DNA from: Eledone cirrhosa
Lineage: Eukaryota
Length of the DNA: 64,000 nucleotides
Assembly (NCBI GenBank): GCA_964016885.1
Contig: CAXHJY010001167.1
Location: 1 to 64,000 of the forward strand
Direction of reading: 5' to 3'
Part shown: positions 14,570 through 28,849 of the stretch, piece after piece
Position numbering within the stretch: the stretch's first letter is position 1
Layout: every line of letters starts with the position of its first letter
Notes under the pieces: model-generated
Databases searched by the model: none
Told to the model about the DNA's origin: nothing
What the model saw: the letters and a program-made list of their open reading frames with translations, nothing else
Made by a program: the position numbers and the translations under genes

Positions 14570-15138
14570 TGATGGCTGCCCCCTCGTTATCGAGTATAGA
14601 CATTGCACGATATACCATTATTAATAATTATTAATTAATTCTATCGTGCAATGCCTGTGCGTGAAGATATTTTTTGAAGTGAGGAAAGACTGTGCACTGA
14701 GCCAATCCCACTCTCTGAGCGACAGTAGCTATAACCCGAAAAGCTAGGAGATACGGGTCCTTCAATCCCAGTGGTTTGATCGCTCGATCGGGTGTCCAGC
14801 CCGACTATTTCTATGTCCCCGCGCATATACATACACATGCACCCATGTAGGACAAAAAACAAAACTTGACAAAGGGCGGAAGGACTCATAAGAGTCAACG
14901 GCCATCAAAAAGTATGTAAATATGTATATACACATGTGCATGTGTATGTATATGTATATGTGTATATACATGGGTGCATGTGTATGTATATGCGGGGGGA
15001 CATAGAAATAGTCTTAATCACCCTTCATTTTGGACAAGTAAACTTGGTGGGATTGCCGGTTTAATCGCCGACGACCCGATGATGCGACAGGTTGTACTGG
15101 GGTTACATGTTACCAGTAGCACTCAAGAGTGACCCGAC
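14570..15138 (-). mobile_element. Family B RTE-derived element with both termini and an internal inversion
   Basis: Termini homologous to family A; 47-bp inverted repeat at 14803-14849/14967-15013; flanked by (CATA)n. Confidence 0.75.
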
Positions 15139-15337
15139 ATACATACATACATGCACACATAGTGGGAAGCCTACTTGGGTCCGAGTACGGTCACTTCTTA
15201 GAACGAAGAAAAAAACACACATACACATACATCAATTCATAAATGCACACTCACGTAATACACATACACGCACATACACTACATGCAACTCTACCCCAAA
15301 TATAAATATATATTTAATGTTGAATGGCATTATATAA

Positions 15338-15530
15338 AGGGCGGTGGATTGGCAGTTTCGGTAGAGGGTCGGACGCCATGCTTTGACGCATAGAGTTACG
15401 ACCCTTGCCATTCTGAGTTCAAACACCACCGAGGTTAACTTTGCCTTTCATCCTTACGGGGTCGATAAAATAAAGTACCAGTAATGCAGTGGGATAATTG
15501 CTGGCCTTGTGCCAAAAGTAGAAACAATTA
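15338..15530 (+). mobile_element. tRNA-derived SINE, family 1 (full length)
   Basis: GGCGGTGGATTGGCAG head, GAGTTCAAAC B-box, conserved core and tail. Confidence 0.9.
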
Positions 15531-15623
15531 TATACATTGTAGTAATGTAAAATAAAAGAATAAAGGAAGTACATACATATAAACATATATACATATATGT
15601 ATGTATGAATATATGTATGTATG

Positions 15624-15713
<90 letters not shown>

Positions 15714-16166
15714 CATATATATATACATATACATATATTGTCTTTTTATTTATCAACAATGAAGTGTGTGTGAGTGTACATTGTGTTTGAGCCCTCACCA
15801 TCCCCTGCATACATCTCCTCCCTTTGTCCTGCATGTCCTTCCGCTTTTTAAGTTACATTCAATTGCTTTCATGATGTGTTTTCTAATACAATTGATAATA
15901 ATAATTATTTTTACACAAATAGGTATTATACATTTTTCCTTAAGACGAGAACATTATGGGATGTTGTGCTGTTTATGCATCACAGGAATAGCTGCTACAT
16001 CGGTTCTGAGACCTGGAGAACCAGGAATGCCTGATACGCCCTCTTCTAAAGCAATCCCCTCTGTCTCCTTGAACCACTTGCTCTCTTAAAAGTTTAAAAA
16101 TATCTTTATCAAGCCTAGAAACTCATCAACCCAGAGTTTATCACGGTTTCATGTGGCGAAGTAAAC

Positions 16167-16514
16167 CACTCTCTGATCTTGAATAATGACCCCACCCCAC
16201 CCACTTATTAACTTTCCAGATTCCCCACCCACCCCCATGCTTATTAAATTTTAATAATATATTTCCGGCGAAATTTTATTGTAAGTGATTCATATTGATA
16301 CAGCAGTTGGAGAATCTAATTATTTTATTTTACATTTTAAAAACATTATATATGACACAAAACGAACATTACAAGAATCTCCATATTTATGAACGTAGAC
16401 TACACAATTACCGATTCCCCCACCCGACGTGTATTCCATATAAGAATTCAAACATATGTCCAAACCTCCGCTTATTCCAACCCCCAGCTCACTATTATTT
16501 GGGACCCGAGATTA
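16167..16514. mobile_element. MITE, ~345 bp (TIR approx. TACTCTCGGGTCYYRAATAAT)
   Basis: Homologous along its length to 51169-51503; ends are degenerate inverted repeats. Confidence 0.65.
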
Positions 16515-17154
16515 GAACGCAACGCTAGAGAACAAGGTCGAAAAAAAAAAAAATACTACTCACACCTCTACAGGTGTTTTAATGATATGGATCCCAATTT
16601 TGGACCGGAGAGATGTCCGATGCAGGCGTTAACCTTCAGCTGGTGCTAGACCATATTTATCCTCAAGTGAGTGGACTGGAGTAACACGAAAAGACGTTGC
16701 TTTGCACAATGACAAAATGTGATGTCCTGGCCGTAATTACGATCGTGAGAGCAGCACCCAACCGCATGATAACACGTCTTCATTATAGTATATTTTTGCC
16801 TTACGAAATTTCTCTATTAGGTTCTGGCTGGCGATGTTTCTTTCATTGGTGTGTTTTTAATTATAACTTTTGCAAAGAAATTAAATAAACGCTTCAGCTC
16901 TGCATTAATTAATTGCGCTCTGGATAAAAAGAAAATATTAAATATATATATATATATATATATGAAAAAAGGGAGAAAAAGACGATTATTAGGAAGAAAA
17001 ATATATTTTTTTTTCCTTTTATTTTTTTCTCTTTTTTCTGGGTTAGAAAATGTTTAAAACAAAATATTTTACTTTGTGTGAAATGTTAAGGTATTAGTTA
17101 ATTTATTTATTAATTAACAATGGCATTTATTTATTTATTTATACATTTTAATTG

Positions 17155-17243
<89 letters not shown>

Positions 17244-17329
17244 ATGAAGTGCTAGCAAAAAGGATTACATAGCTCCAACATTCTAGTTGCCTGGCTCGGC
17301 TTGGCAAATGCATATGACTCTGTTCCCTA

Positions 17330-18230
17330 TGCAAAGTGTCGAATTTCATTTACATTATAGTATGTGTGGAAGAGCTCCTAAAGTAGTATATTGAATATAT
17401 GTTCGTGCCATTTACCACCAATAAATTCACGACACTAGAAGAAACAGTGTACTACACATTTTCTGGTGGTTATGGAGTTGCTATTTCAAGATAAAATAGC
17501 AGAAAATAACTGACATTGCAACTTCTTCAAGCTCTTACGCATCACATAAGCTCCTTAATGATAGGAGAAAACATTCGTCGCGTCCTGTTGTACGAGCTTT
17601 TCTAGCTTATATGGAGCCCCGCACTGCCACACACACACTTCATTCTTAATCCAAATAAAAAAAACCCACCAGTCGATAATATGGGGTTAGGTTAAATAGT
17701 CATGCTTGAAATTTGAGTGGAGCAGATTCAAACGATTAGGAAGTACTCTTAAATGATGCTCAGTAGGTTATTAAGATCAAGACCAAGTTCAGACACAGAC
17801 TACCAACCGTTGACAGTTGTGGTTTGACAGGGAATTCCAAAGGGTTATGTTAGACTACCAACCGTTGACAGTTGTGGTTCAACAGGGAATTTCAAACTGT
17901 TGTGTTATCAGTATGGCCATTTGCCGAGGCTCTTATGCCGAGTCCAAGTGCAGGAAATACCGTCAAGAGAGGAGAGTATGGAAATATATACTTGTAAATT
18001 CCTAAGAGAGTGGTTTGGTCTCTCGCCATACATTTACGGGAATTGATTAATATAATTCTACTGCCAAACTCCAGATACCCTTAATATAGCTGATGAAGGA
18101 GATTAAATGAACAAAACTTGCAGCTACGTGATGCCATGTAATTCTGTAGATGTCATTAATTCTGAAAACTAGACCAAATCGGTGTATATATAATAAGTAA
18201 CGTTTTTTTACGGCTACAAGTTTTTTTTTT
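17330..18230 (+). mobile_element. Decayed Penelope-like element 3' region (possible GIY-YIG remnant, degenerate hammerhead at 18090-18167)
   Basis: NFIYIIVC...IYHQ*IHD-like remnant; CTGATGA, long imperfect stem II and GAAA downstream. Heavily degenerate. Confidence 0.4.
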
Positions 18231-18524
18231 AGTTGTTGTTGGTGTTGTTATCGCTTATTAATAGCAATAACAACAGCAAGCATCATACAAAACTACATCT
18301 TTGTAGGCATTTCAAATAAAATCGAACACTTTTCCTGAAACGGAAAAGACCCCCCCAGCGAATACACACTGGGCGAGGGAGAGATTTAAACGTCGTCAGA
18401 TCTGTGAAAAAATGCAAATTGTTGAGACCGAGAGTCAATGATGTTTGCTAAATTATATGAAAGCGTTTTGATTTAGGTAAAATGAAGGAGAGAAAATTCG
18501 ATTTAGCAAGGTGGAAAATTCGAT

Positions 18525-18690
18525 TAAATCGACTCAGTATTTGACTTCTGCTTTATTTTATCGACCTCGGAATGATGAAATTCTAAGTTGACTTCGACTG
18601 AATTTGAACTCACAACCGTAAAGAAAGCTACTAAATGCCGCAAAGTATTTTGTCCGATGCTGTAATGATTCTGCCAAGCTACCACCCTCC
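18525..18690 (-). mobile_element. Older SINE family-1-like copy
   Basis: ttttatcgacctcggaatgatgaaa...gaatttgaactca matches the reverse core. Confidence 0.65.
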
Positions 18691-19043
18691 ACAACGTTAT
18701 ATGAATGAATGCTGGGAATGTAAGTGTTCGTCTGATGACTTGTGTTATTAAATATAAGAGTGTGGGCCATTGAGTGGTGTACGGAAGAGATGTTAGTGGA
18801 AACCTCCATCGCTTTACTTTCTCCTTTCTTACTTATACTTCACTTCCACCACTCCACCACAATCAACATTTCCTCCTACGTTTTCATTAACTTGCCACGC
18901 TTCGCTTCTTTCTGTCTTTCTTTCTTTCTTTATTTATTTATTTTGTACTTTCTCCATTATCTCCATCCCCATCACAACTACCACTACAGCAGCTATTATC
19001 ACAACCAACAATTCCTGCTTCTTCAACACCATCGCAATGACGA

Positions 19044-19245
19044 ACACCACCACCACCGTCACCACCACCACCGTCACCACCACCACCACCACCACCGTCA
19101 CCCCCACCGTCACCGCCACCACCACCACCGTCACCACCACCACCACCGTCACCCCCACCGTCACCGCCACCACCACCACCACCACCATCACCGTCACCCC
19201 CACCGTCACCGCCACCACCACCAGCACCATCACCACCGCCACCTT
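19044..19245. repeat. (CAC)n/(CACCGT) degenerate trinucleotide repeat; a (TAG)n/(GTG)n tract follows at 19500-19900
   Basis: Directly visible; source of the His-, Thr- and Val-rich ORFs. Confidence 0.92.
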
Positions 19246-19628
19246 CTCTTTCTCCTCTACCGCCACTGTCTTATCATACACTTTGTAGTAGAGTTAATTA
19301 ATTAGAAATTAACTTTATCGCCAGACTGGGACTGTTTAGAGTATTTGGTGGAATAGCGTTGGTGGTTCCAATGTTTGCTGTGGTCTTGTTGGTGGCAGTG
19401 GTTATAGTGGCGACGATGGTGGTGGTTGTCATACTAGCAATGATGGTAATGACAGCAATGACTGCGGTGTTGCTGTTTCTAGTGGTTGTTGTGATAATAG
19501 CGGTGGTATGGGAGTAGTGGTTATAGTGATGGTTGTGGTTGTAGCACTGATGATAATAGTAGTAATAGCTATGGTGCTTATAGTAGTTGTTGTAGTAGTA
19601 GATGTTGTAATAGTAGTTGTGGTGGTAA

Positions 19629-19702
<74 letters not shown>

Positions 19703-20454
19703 ATGGTAATGGTAGTGTTGGCTATTGTACTATTGTTGATGATAGTGCTGGAGAATGAATGCAGTAGTAGTGGTGTAGGTTGTTATGATATATGTTATGG
19801 CGAGGGATGTGTGTAAAGGTGATGGTGGTGGTGGCGGTGGTGGTTGTGGCGGGGGTGGTGGCGATGACGTTGTGGTGAGGTAGGGTGGAGGTGGAGTTTA
19901 TGATGGTGACTGAGGAGCTAGTTGCAGCATGGTTTCTATTGTTTAGACGTCTGGTCAGTCCCGGCTTTGAACTGGTTGGCTGGTAGGTTTATAAGTAGGC
20001 AACCTCAGCTCTGATATATAGTTGAAGGACCATATATATATGTATACATATGTATGATTTAACAGTAGCAGTAACATAGCGTTTTCATAATGAAGGCGCA
20101 TATAACCAACATACAAGTCTCACTATGAGTATCTCAAACTCTGATCAACTACCTATTCAGTGACGTTAATTTTCTAACAATTCATCCTTACGGGGTCGAT
20201 AAAATAAAGTACCAGTAATGCACTGGTGGATTGCTGGCCTTGTGCCTAAAGTAGAAACAGTTAATTTTCTAACAATTCGCTAGTTTGGGGAAATTGTGCT
20301 TCTTTTTAGGGAATCGATCTGGAAACACTGGTAAAAGATCGCATGGTTCCAATTTGGCTGTTATTTCTAGCAGATCTGATAACCCTAGTAGTGGTTCTAT
20401 TGTTTGCTCGGGTTTGGCTATTATTTCGAGCAGATCCCTAATAAACATTATAAA

Positions 20455-20628
20455 GTATCGGTAGAGGGTCGGACGCCATGCTTTCCAGCATAGTTACGTC
20501 CCTTTACGATCTGAGTTCAAATCCCGCCGAGGTTAACTTTGCCTTTCATCCTTACGGGGTCGATAAAATAAAGTACCAGTAATGCACTGGGTTTTTGCTG
20601 GCCTTGTGCCTAAAGTAGAAACAATTAT
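20455..20628 (+). mobile_element. tRNA-derived SINE, family 1 (a 3' fragment also lies at 20183-20262)
   Basis: Match to the shared family sequence. Confidence 0.88.
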
Positions 20629-21399
20629 AACCCTAATAAAGATTTTCTATCAGCTGCGATTTGGTAGCTATTTCTAGCAAGTATAGCAACCCTTCTACAA
20701 TGCCCCTGTTGCTCGGATTTTGTTGCTATATCGAGTGATCACGTGGAGACTCCCAATATGGTTTGTCGTCCAATCTATTTCTGTAGGTTCTGATGTACCA
20801 TAGGAAATGCGGGCGAGGAGGGGGACTCCATCGGAGTGTGACATTACTGATCCGTCTGCACTTATCTCTGCTGGTGTGTATTCCTGTGTTTGATGTTAAT
20901 GGAGTTATCAATGTTGACGACCATTTCTCTCTGACTCCCCATTCTCTCTCACACCCCTCCCCCGTCTCTCTCACACCCACCCATCCCACACATCCTCCAC
21001 TCTCTCTCTTTATTTAAAGTTAGTGGGAGTAATACAGTTCTTAGGATGTTGTAGTAGTAGTTAATTGTTACTTAACCTTATCCTTCCAATGCATTCCATT
21101 CGGTATAACGGTATAACACTGCCATTTTGTGTATCAGGACCTACATTGCACAAAGCATCTTTTTTTATTAACAAGTTAAAGTATCTTTTGGAGGTGAGTT
21201 GGCTACTATTTCTAACGGGTAGAACAACCGCGTAGAAGCTCTGGAGTCGTTACAAATGTGGCGGGGCTGTTTACATAATGATTATAGTCAGAAGGGAAGG
21301 ATTAGTGTTGTTAGTATGGTTTTGCAGTAATATTGTGAAATGGGTAGTGAAACCCAGTGCCTAGATACTTAGCGCCACAAGCTAGCTATACAATATAAC

Positions 21400-21830
21400 T
21401 TCTCCAAGTTATGCGCCCTATTCTACCAATAAATTTAACTCGCTGACAAGCCTAGTTTTGATATTTATTGCTCTGACTACATCGAGGAAATTACTAACCT
21501 TGTATTTTCCTCAACACAATCCACACTCACCAACGACAAATTATGTTACATACGCCCTCTTCACAGCTTTGGATATCCACAACTTGCAAGTATTTATTAT
21601 ATATTTAACTTAATTATACAAATTAGTATAACATTGTGATATTTTAAGGTTCGGCAATGCATCTCTCTGAGATCTGCCTTCAATTCGGCTGCTTAGTTGG
21701 TTTTAATAGTAACGCCAGCCCTGGGTGTATTAAATGTTTTTGGTTGTTTTAGTGTTAACTAGGGTACATAGTCGGTCCCATTTTAAGGTATGGGCACATT
21801 TTTCTGAGGCCTATCAGGTATAGGGGCTCA
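21400..21830 (-). mobile_element. Degenerate LINE 3' end (RTE-like); related copy at ~27370-27790
   Basis: Shared block ttaaggttc(g/a)gcaatgca..tctgag.tctgc..ggctgc.t.gttgg in both copies; minus frame resembles an RTE C-terminus. Confidence 0.45.
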
Positions 21831-22499
21831 GTACTAATCTATGTATGCTGCGGGTTTGTATGTAGGGGCTTCCTGTAGCAAAGAATGTGTGGCATCAACA
21901 AATTCCGACACATTCACATATCTGGGAGATACTTCTGTTTTAATATTTTGGATTTGTTGTGCAGGTAGTTTGTGGGTGGGGTCTCTCGTTGTTTAACTCC
22001 AAGCCAGTTTCAATCAGGCAGACACGATCAAAAGCATTCCAGCATTGTGCTCAGCACATGTCACTTATGGCCACGTTATTCAATGTGTCGTTCTAAGACA
22101 GGCGGCTGGGAGATGAGATAGATAGATAAGTAGATAGATAGATAGTTAGAGGGAAAGAGAGAGGGGGGGGGGATATGTAAATAGATGGTTGGATAGATAA
22201 ATAGACGGATAGCTAGATGGATGGATATAAAAATAGACAGATTGATGGATAGATATATAGATAGATGAAGAGAGAGGGGGCTAGAGAGAGATGTATAAAT
22301 TCGGCTGCTTTTACTTCTATGTCAAGCGACCCTCGCTGGCTCATTATAGTGTGTTGTGATTGCTGTTGTTAGTAGTGGCGGCAGTAGTGGTGTAGAAGTG
22401 GTGATGGTGATGGTGACGGTGATGGTGACGGTGATGGTGGGACTGTTGTGGGGCTACGTCGTTCGGAGTCAGTGACGGAGTTGTAGCAATCCATGATAT

Positions 22500-23210
22500 T
22501 GACGTAGAAGTCGCCACCACCACCACCACCACCACCTTCACTCATCCCCCGCCACAACACCACTATGTTTGTTATGAGCTTCCCCACTCCACAACCACCA
22601 CCACCACCACCATAGCACGCCCACCGTTCCACTAAAGGCATGGACACCACCACCATCATTTCCACCTTAACTATAACCATCCCGCCACCAATATCACTAT
22701 AACCGTAATAACACCCCCGACCATCACTATAACACGCCACTGCAACCACCATCACCACCACCACCACCTCTACTACCGCCACCACCACCACCACCACCAC
22801 CGCAAACATCACCACCACCACAACGACGACGACAACCACCACCACCACCACCACCACCACCATACTACCACCACCGCCCCCAACACTACCGCCACCACCG
22901 CCACCACTACCACCACCGCAACCACCACCACCACCACCACCATACTACCAGCACCACAGCCACCAGCACCACCACCACTGCCCCCGTCCCCCCACCACTG
23001 TCACCATCGCTGTTGCTGATGTTATTGTTGTTGTTATACCAAGATACGGCCGCATCGTCATTGCAACAGAACAGCTGCAACCACACATAACGAACGCCAC
23101 CATGGTGAGGCCATCACCCACAGTGCCACCGCCGTCGCCGTCCATTACAACGACGACGACGACGACAACGATGATGATAAGGATGATGATAAGGATGATG
23201 ATGGCAGTAG
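22500..23210. repeat. (ACC)n/(ACG)n/(GAT)n low-complexity tract
   Basis: Directly visible. Confidence 0.9.
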
Positions 23211-23416
23211 TGTATTGGCCGCTGTTAGCAGGTCCCTGGCCTATGCTGCTCCTGGTACTGTCCACCGCCACTCCACAACCTCAGCATTTCGATAAGGCTA
23301 GTTACCTAATAATGCCACCTGTCCGCTGGAACGTGTCAACACCGGAGATAACCCTGATCATTGTATCGGAAACTGGGATAAATTACACCGCCTATACCTC
23401 ACTGGGTGAGTAGATT

Positions 23417-24372
<956 letters not shown>

Positions 24373-24527
24373 ACCGGTAGAAATCGTTGGAACATCCTGT
24401 GTCACTCGGTTCGTAGCGTACTGCAACTATTCTAAATAATTTGTTATATATTTGGAGCTGTTTGTGTGAGTAATTATATATATATATATATTGTTATACT
24501 TGGAGGGGGTAGGGGTCATATTGTTGT

Positions 24528-24722
24528 AATAATTGTTTCTACTTTTGGCACAAGGCCAGCAAATTACCCAGTACATTACTGGTACTTTATTTTATCGACC
24601 CCGTAAGGATGAAAGGCAAAGTTGACCTCGGCGGGATTTGAACTCAGAATGGAAAGGGCCGTAATTATATGCGTCAAAGCATGACGCCCGACCCTCTACC
24701 GATACTGCCAATTCACCGCCCT
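24528..24722 (-). mobile_element. tRNA-derived SINE, family 1 (full length)
   Basis: Match to the shared family sequence. Confidence 0.9.
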
Positions 24723-25032
24723 ATTATTGCCAGAAATAATAACAGAACACACTCACTGTTTGGTTGGTTTTCGCTTCTTTATCTTTTATATCTCCACAGT
24801 TAATTCATTTGGTCAAAAATACAGATGTAATATATATATATATATAGTCTATTAAAGTTCTTTCGTTGCACATCTGCAACATCATCAGTGGTACTATTAT
24901 ATATATGCGCACATGCATGCATACACACACACATATTATATATGTATATATATATGCGCACATGCATGCATACATACACACACATATATTATATATGTAT
25001 ATATATGCGCACATGCATGCACACACACACAC

Positions 25033-25089
<57 letters not shown>

Positions 25090-25260
25090 TCAGATACCTG
25101 TATGTATACACACTCAAACATTTATGTACATATACACACATATATAACATATTTACCTGTGTATGTGCGACTGCGTATGCATGTGTATGTATGTATATAT
25201 ATATATATATATTTGTATATAGAATGATATGTATTATCCCTACCGCAGTGCCAAGCGGTT

Positions 25261-25295
<35 letters not shown>

Positions 25296-25336
25296 ATAAT
25301 ATTAATAAATGGAAACTATCTTTATAAAACCATATT

Positions 25337-25397
25337 TATTTTATTATATATATTTCAAGGGTACCAAAATTTTGGCACGCTCTCATCAGATAAAATA
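25337..25397 (-). ncRNA. Type I hammerhead ribozyme, canonical core
   Basis: Minus strand reads TATTTTAT-CTGATGA-GAG C GTGCCAAA AT TTTGGTAC C CTT-GAAA-TATATA-TA^-ATAAAATA: 8-bp stem I, ~11-bp stem II, palindromic stem III. Confidence 0.85.
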
Positions 25398-25528
25398 CAA
25401 AAGTTTTACAGATAGTGACATATCCCAAAACAAGAACCTGTCGTTATACTCCAGAAGAAAACTTGTAGAGTGCTTCGAATCTGTTATAAATAAATTTCTT
25501 GAATAACCAACATATTAAATAACTCTTT

Positions 25529-25579
<51 letters not shown>

Positions 25580-26062
25580 AGAATCGGGGACCCGACGACT
25601 GAATTCTTGCTATTTCAACAGCTAATATTAATTTATTATTATACGATTTTCAGTCAGTGATCTGCGCGTATGTTGGGACGCCACTTTGAATTGATCTAGT
25701 CTAAATTACTCATTTTTTTTTCGAATGGCTGAGCTTTACACCCGGCAGTGAATATATACCACTTTATATCGGTGTACACATGTATAAACCAACATACTGT
25801 GAAACCATAGTTAAATACATACCTGCTTATATATAGACACCTCGAACTATATAGGTTTAGCTGGCCTCCTACAAGGTTGCATCTCATAGGTTTTTCGCTT
25901 TTTTAATGACAGCGTCTCAGTTCATTCATGAAAAGGAACGTACTATGAAGTTCAAGATGACAACGCACCGCCTATACTCACGATTTCAACATCACAATCA
26001 CCAAGTCACTTCTTTACTGTCTGTAATTTGTTTTAATTGTTTCGACTAATGCCATTAAATAT

Positions 26063-26100
26063 ATGAACTTATGTTTCGGTCTATTCGACTTCGTCAGTAT
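26063..26100 (-). ncRNA. Hammerhead ribozyme core (stem I imperfect)
   Basis: Minus strand reads CTGACGA-A-GTC GAATA GAC-C-GAAAC ATAA GTT. Confidence 0.55.
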
Positions 26101-28056
26101 ATTGCAGTCTAATCGAAAATATCTATCTGTGCGTAGAGAATTAAGCCGAAATCTATATCCAAACTGTCCTTTACCTGAGCATGTACATTAACTTGAAACA
26201 TTTTTTTTTTTTAATATCTCACCTTTTTGGTAATAATTGGCTCTGGATATGTTGCTTTCTTTCTCTAACTTACAAAGAGGTTGCAATAAAACAATCATTC
26301 CAGTTACTCTTTGTAAGTTATAACTGTAAACTGATCTTCATAATTCAAAATAATTTTTGCTTGTTTATTTACTCTGAACAAGACATAGTGTCTATAAAAC
26401 CCATGTTTTCCTCTACCATTCAGGTGAAGTAGAGATTGGAGAAGGATATTAGCATATATTTAGAGATAGCGTACTATGTATTCAAGTTTTAGAATAGCTG
26501 CAGCATATCCCCGTGTGTCTCTAACAGACGATTAAAAGGGTGACAAGAAGGGCACCCGCCCATAAAACTCTGCCTTAGAAATCCCGTCGACCTCATATCA
26601 GCATAAGAGAGTGGACGAATAGACATAAAACCTGACGATGATGATGTTGTTGATGATGGACTCTGAGGACTGCAAATCTGACGCACACACACTTCCATAT
26701 GTATATAAAATATTCAGTATTTTCCGTCTGAAAACTGGTTAGTGTATAATATTCTCCCTCAAATTCTTGGCCGTACAAACAAGTGTTGCTTTGACTAAAG
26801 GATATTCTTTTCCTGTAATAAAAGACAGCAACCATACCTCACATTTTTTTTCGAAGGGCGGCGAGTAGAGGTGGGGGCCTTGAGATTTGATTTCCTATAT
26901 TGTATATGAACCATTTTAATACCAAGCAATCTGAAACCATCCCTGATTCTACGATACCAAGTTCTTTATTTAAAGTGTTTATATTTATCTAAAAATCTCC
27001 TTCCTAATTTTATGCATGAAGCTCTCTTAAGTTATGTACTAACTTAATGAAAAAGTTAGTTATATTACCAGATTCCTACAAATTCTTTTCAAAATTACTT
27101 GAAAGGGTTAAGGTGATGAAGTGGCACTGTTGTTAAAGCGTAGAACAAGATCGCCTGCAGTAGTTGTTCCTGCATTCTAAGTTCAGAATGAAATACTTTA
27201 CAGCTAATGATTGTAACCTGATGAAGTATATTGTTACACTTAGTAAATACTCGACGCCTGAGTATTTAACGCCTGAGGCTAACTCTACAATGTTTGCTCC
27301 CTCTCTTCCGGTTATATATCCCATTCTTTCAAATATAATAATTTAAAGTATAATAATTTCAACTTACAGTTTGGTAAGATGACGAACCCAGTTTGTGACA
27401 CTTCTTGCCCTGACAATACAAAGAAAATCTGTAAACCTGCATTTTCTACTACATATTCCACACTTACCCATGTCAAATATTGTGATAGGTCTTAAAACCA
27501 TTCGGCCCTCTTCCCCGCTTAGGATATTTCTGTAACACTGCTACAAGTTAAACGTGTAGTGATTTATTTATTGATTGCAGGAAATTATTACACATTTATT
27601 TGATGACACAAATTTGTATAAAACTATGATTCTTTAAGGTTCAGCAATGCACATTTCTGAGGTCTGCACTCTATGTGGCTGCCTTGTTGGCCTTAATGGA
27701 AGTGCTGACTTTGGTTACACCCATTAATGCTTTATAATTGTTCCGACATACCCCAGTACAAAGCATATTGATCTTTTTTAATCACATTTGTGGTCAGTCA
27801 GATTGACTGTGTTCCATGATCGGGATTCGCAACATGCCTTTGTGAGGAAAACATTTTCTCCTCATAGTTCCGTTTCTCCTTTATATGTATATATCATTAT
27901 ATCATTATATATATATATATATGAAACTACTTCGCATTTTCTTATTTTATATATATATTATATATATATATATATATAAAATAAGAAAATGCGAAGTAGT
28001 TTCCGATGTTAAAGTCCTTTATTGACAAGGCTGTGATACATATTTCGATGACGAAA

Positions 28057-28320
28057 GGGACAGAAAGAACACAACTAGTTGGAAATTACAAGTACAATCC
28101 ATTAATGGAACAGTGAAAATATGTAAAACATTCCAAAAATGTTGCAACTCAAAACATACACATCCAGACATACAATAACATCCATATCTACACATGCATA
28201 CATACATAATCTACCTAGTTGATGTTGTGTAAATTCCAATGAGAGAGTCTTGTGTCTATGTTAGAAACCGACTCTCTCTCTATTGGGAAAAAATTTGTGA
28301 AATTATAAAACCAGAAGAAC
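28057..28320 (+). mobile_element. Second R4/Dong-type 3' fragment
   Basis: Matches 14100-14430 (acagaaagaacacaactagtt...ataaaaccagaagaac + CATA tail). Confidence 0.78.
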
Positions 28321-28767
28321 ATACATATACACACATATTCCCCCACTCCTTACATGACGTCTTGCTGAATGTTGCATAGTTCCAAATGGTTCAGCGACGC
28401 AAGTTGTAATTATGTACGACGCCGAATAAGTGTAATTCCGTGCTGTAGAGTTGACAAGTGATCTTTTGATTTGTATGGTTGACTGGGGGCTTATTTCCAA
28501 ATATTTTGGTTAATGCCATGGGAACTGTAGCAAGGAACCAATACAAAAGTCCATGGAGACCCATGAAAGAGATGTTGACAATGAAAACTACTACTACTAC
28601 TACTACTACTACTAATGCTGCTACTACTACTACTACTAATGCTGCTGCTGCTGCTGCTGCTACTTTCTTTATTGATCCCAAAGCCCCATATATACAATAC
28701 AAGCGTATGGAGATATATATGTATCTATATATACATGTCGACATATATAAACACACACACACACGCG

Positions 28768-28849
<82 letters not shown>

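Noticed and set aside
15961-16089. MLCCLCITGIAATSVLRPGEPG... as a possible signal-peptide exon of the hydrolase gene
   Set aside because: Runs into a stop with no convincing donor site; the similarity is too slight to call.
18742-19305. His-rich / mucin-like Thr-rich ORFs
   Set aside because: All frames of a (CAC)n-type repeat; no splice or domain support.
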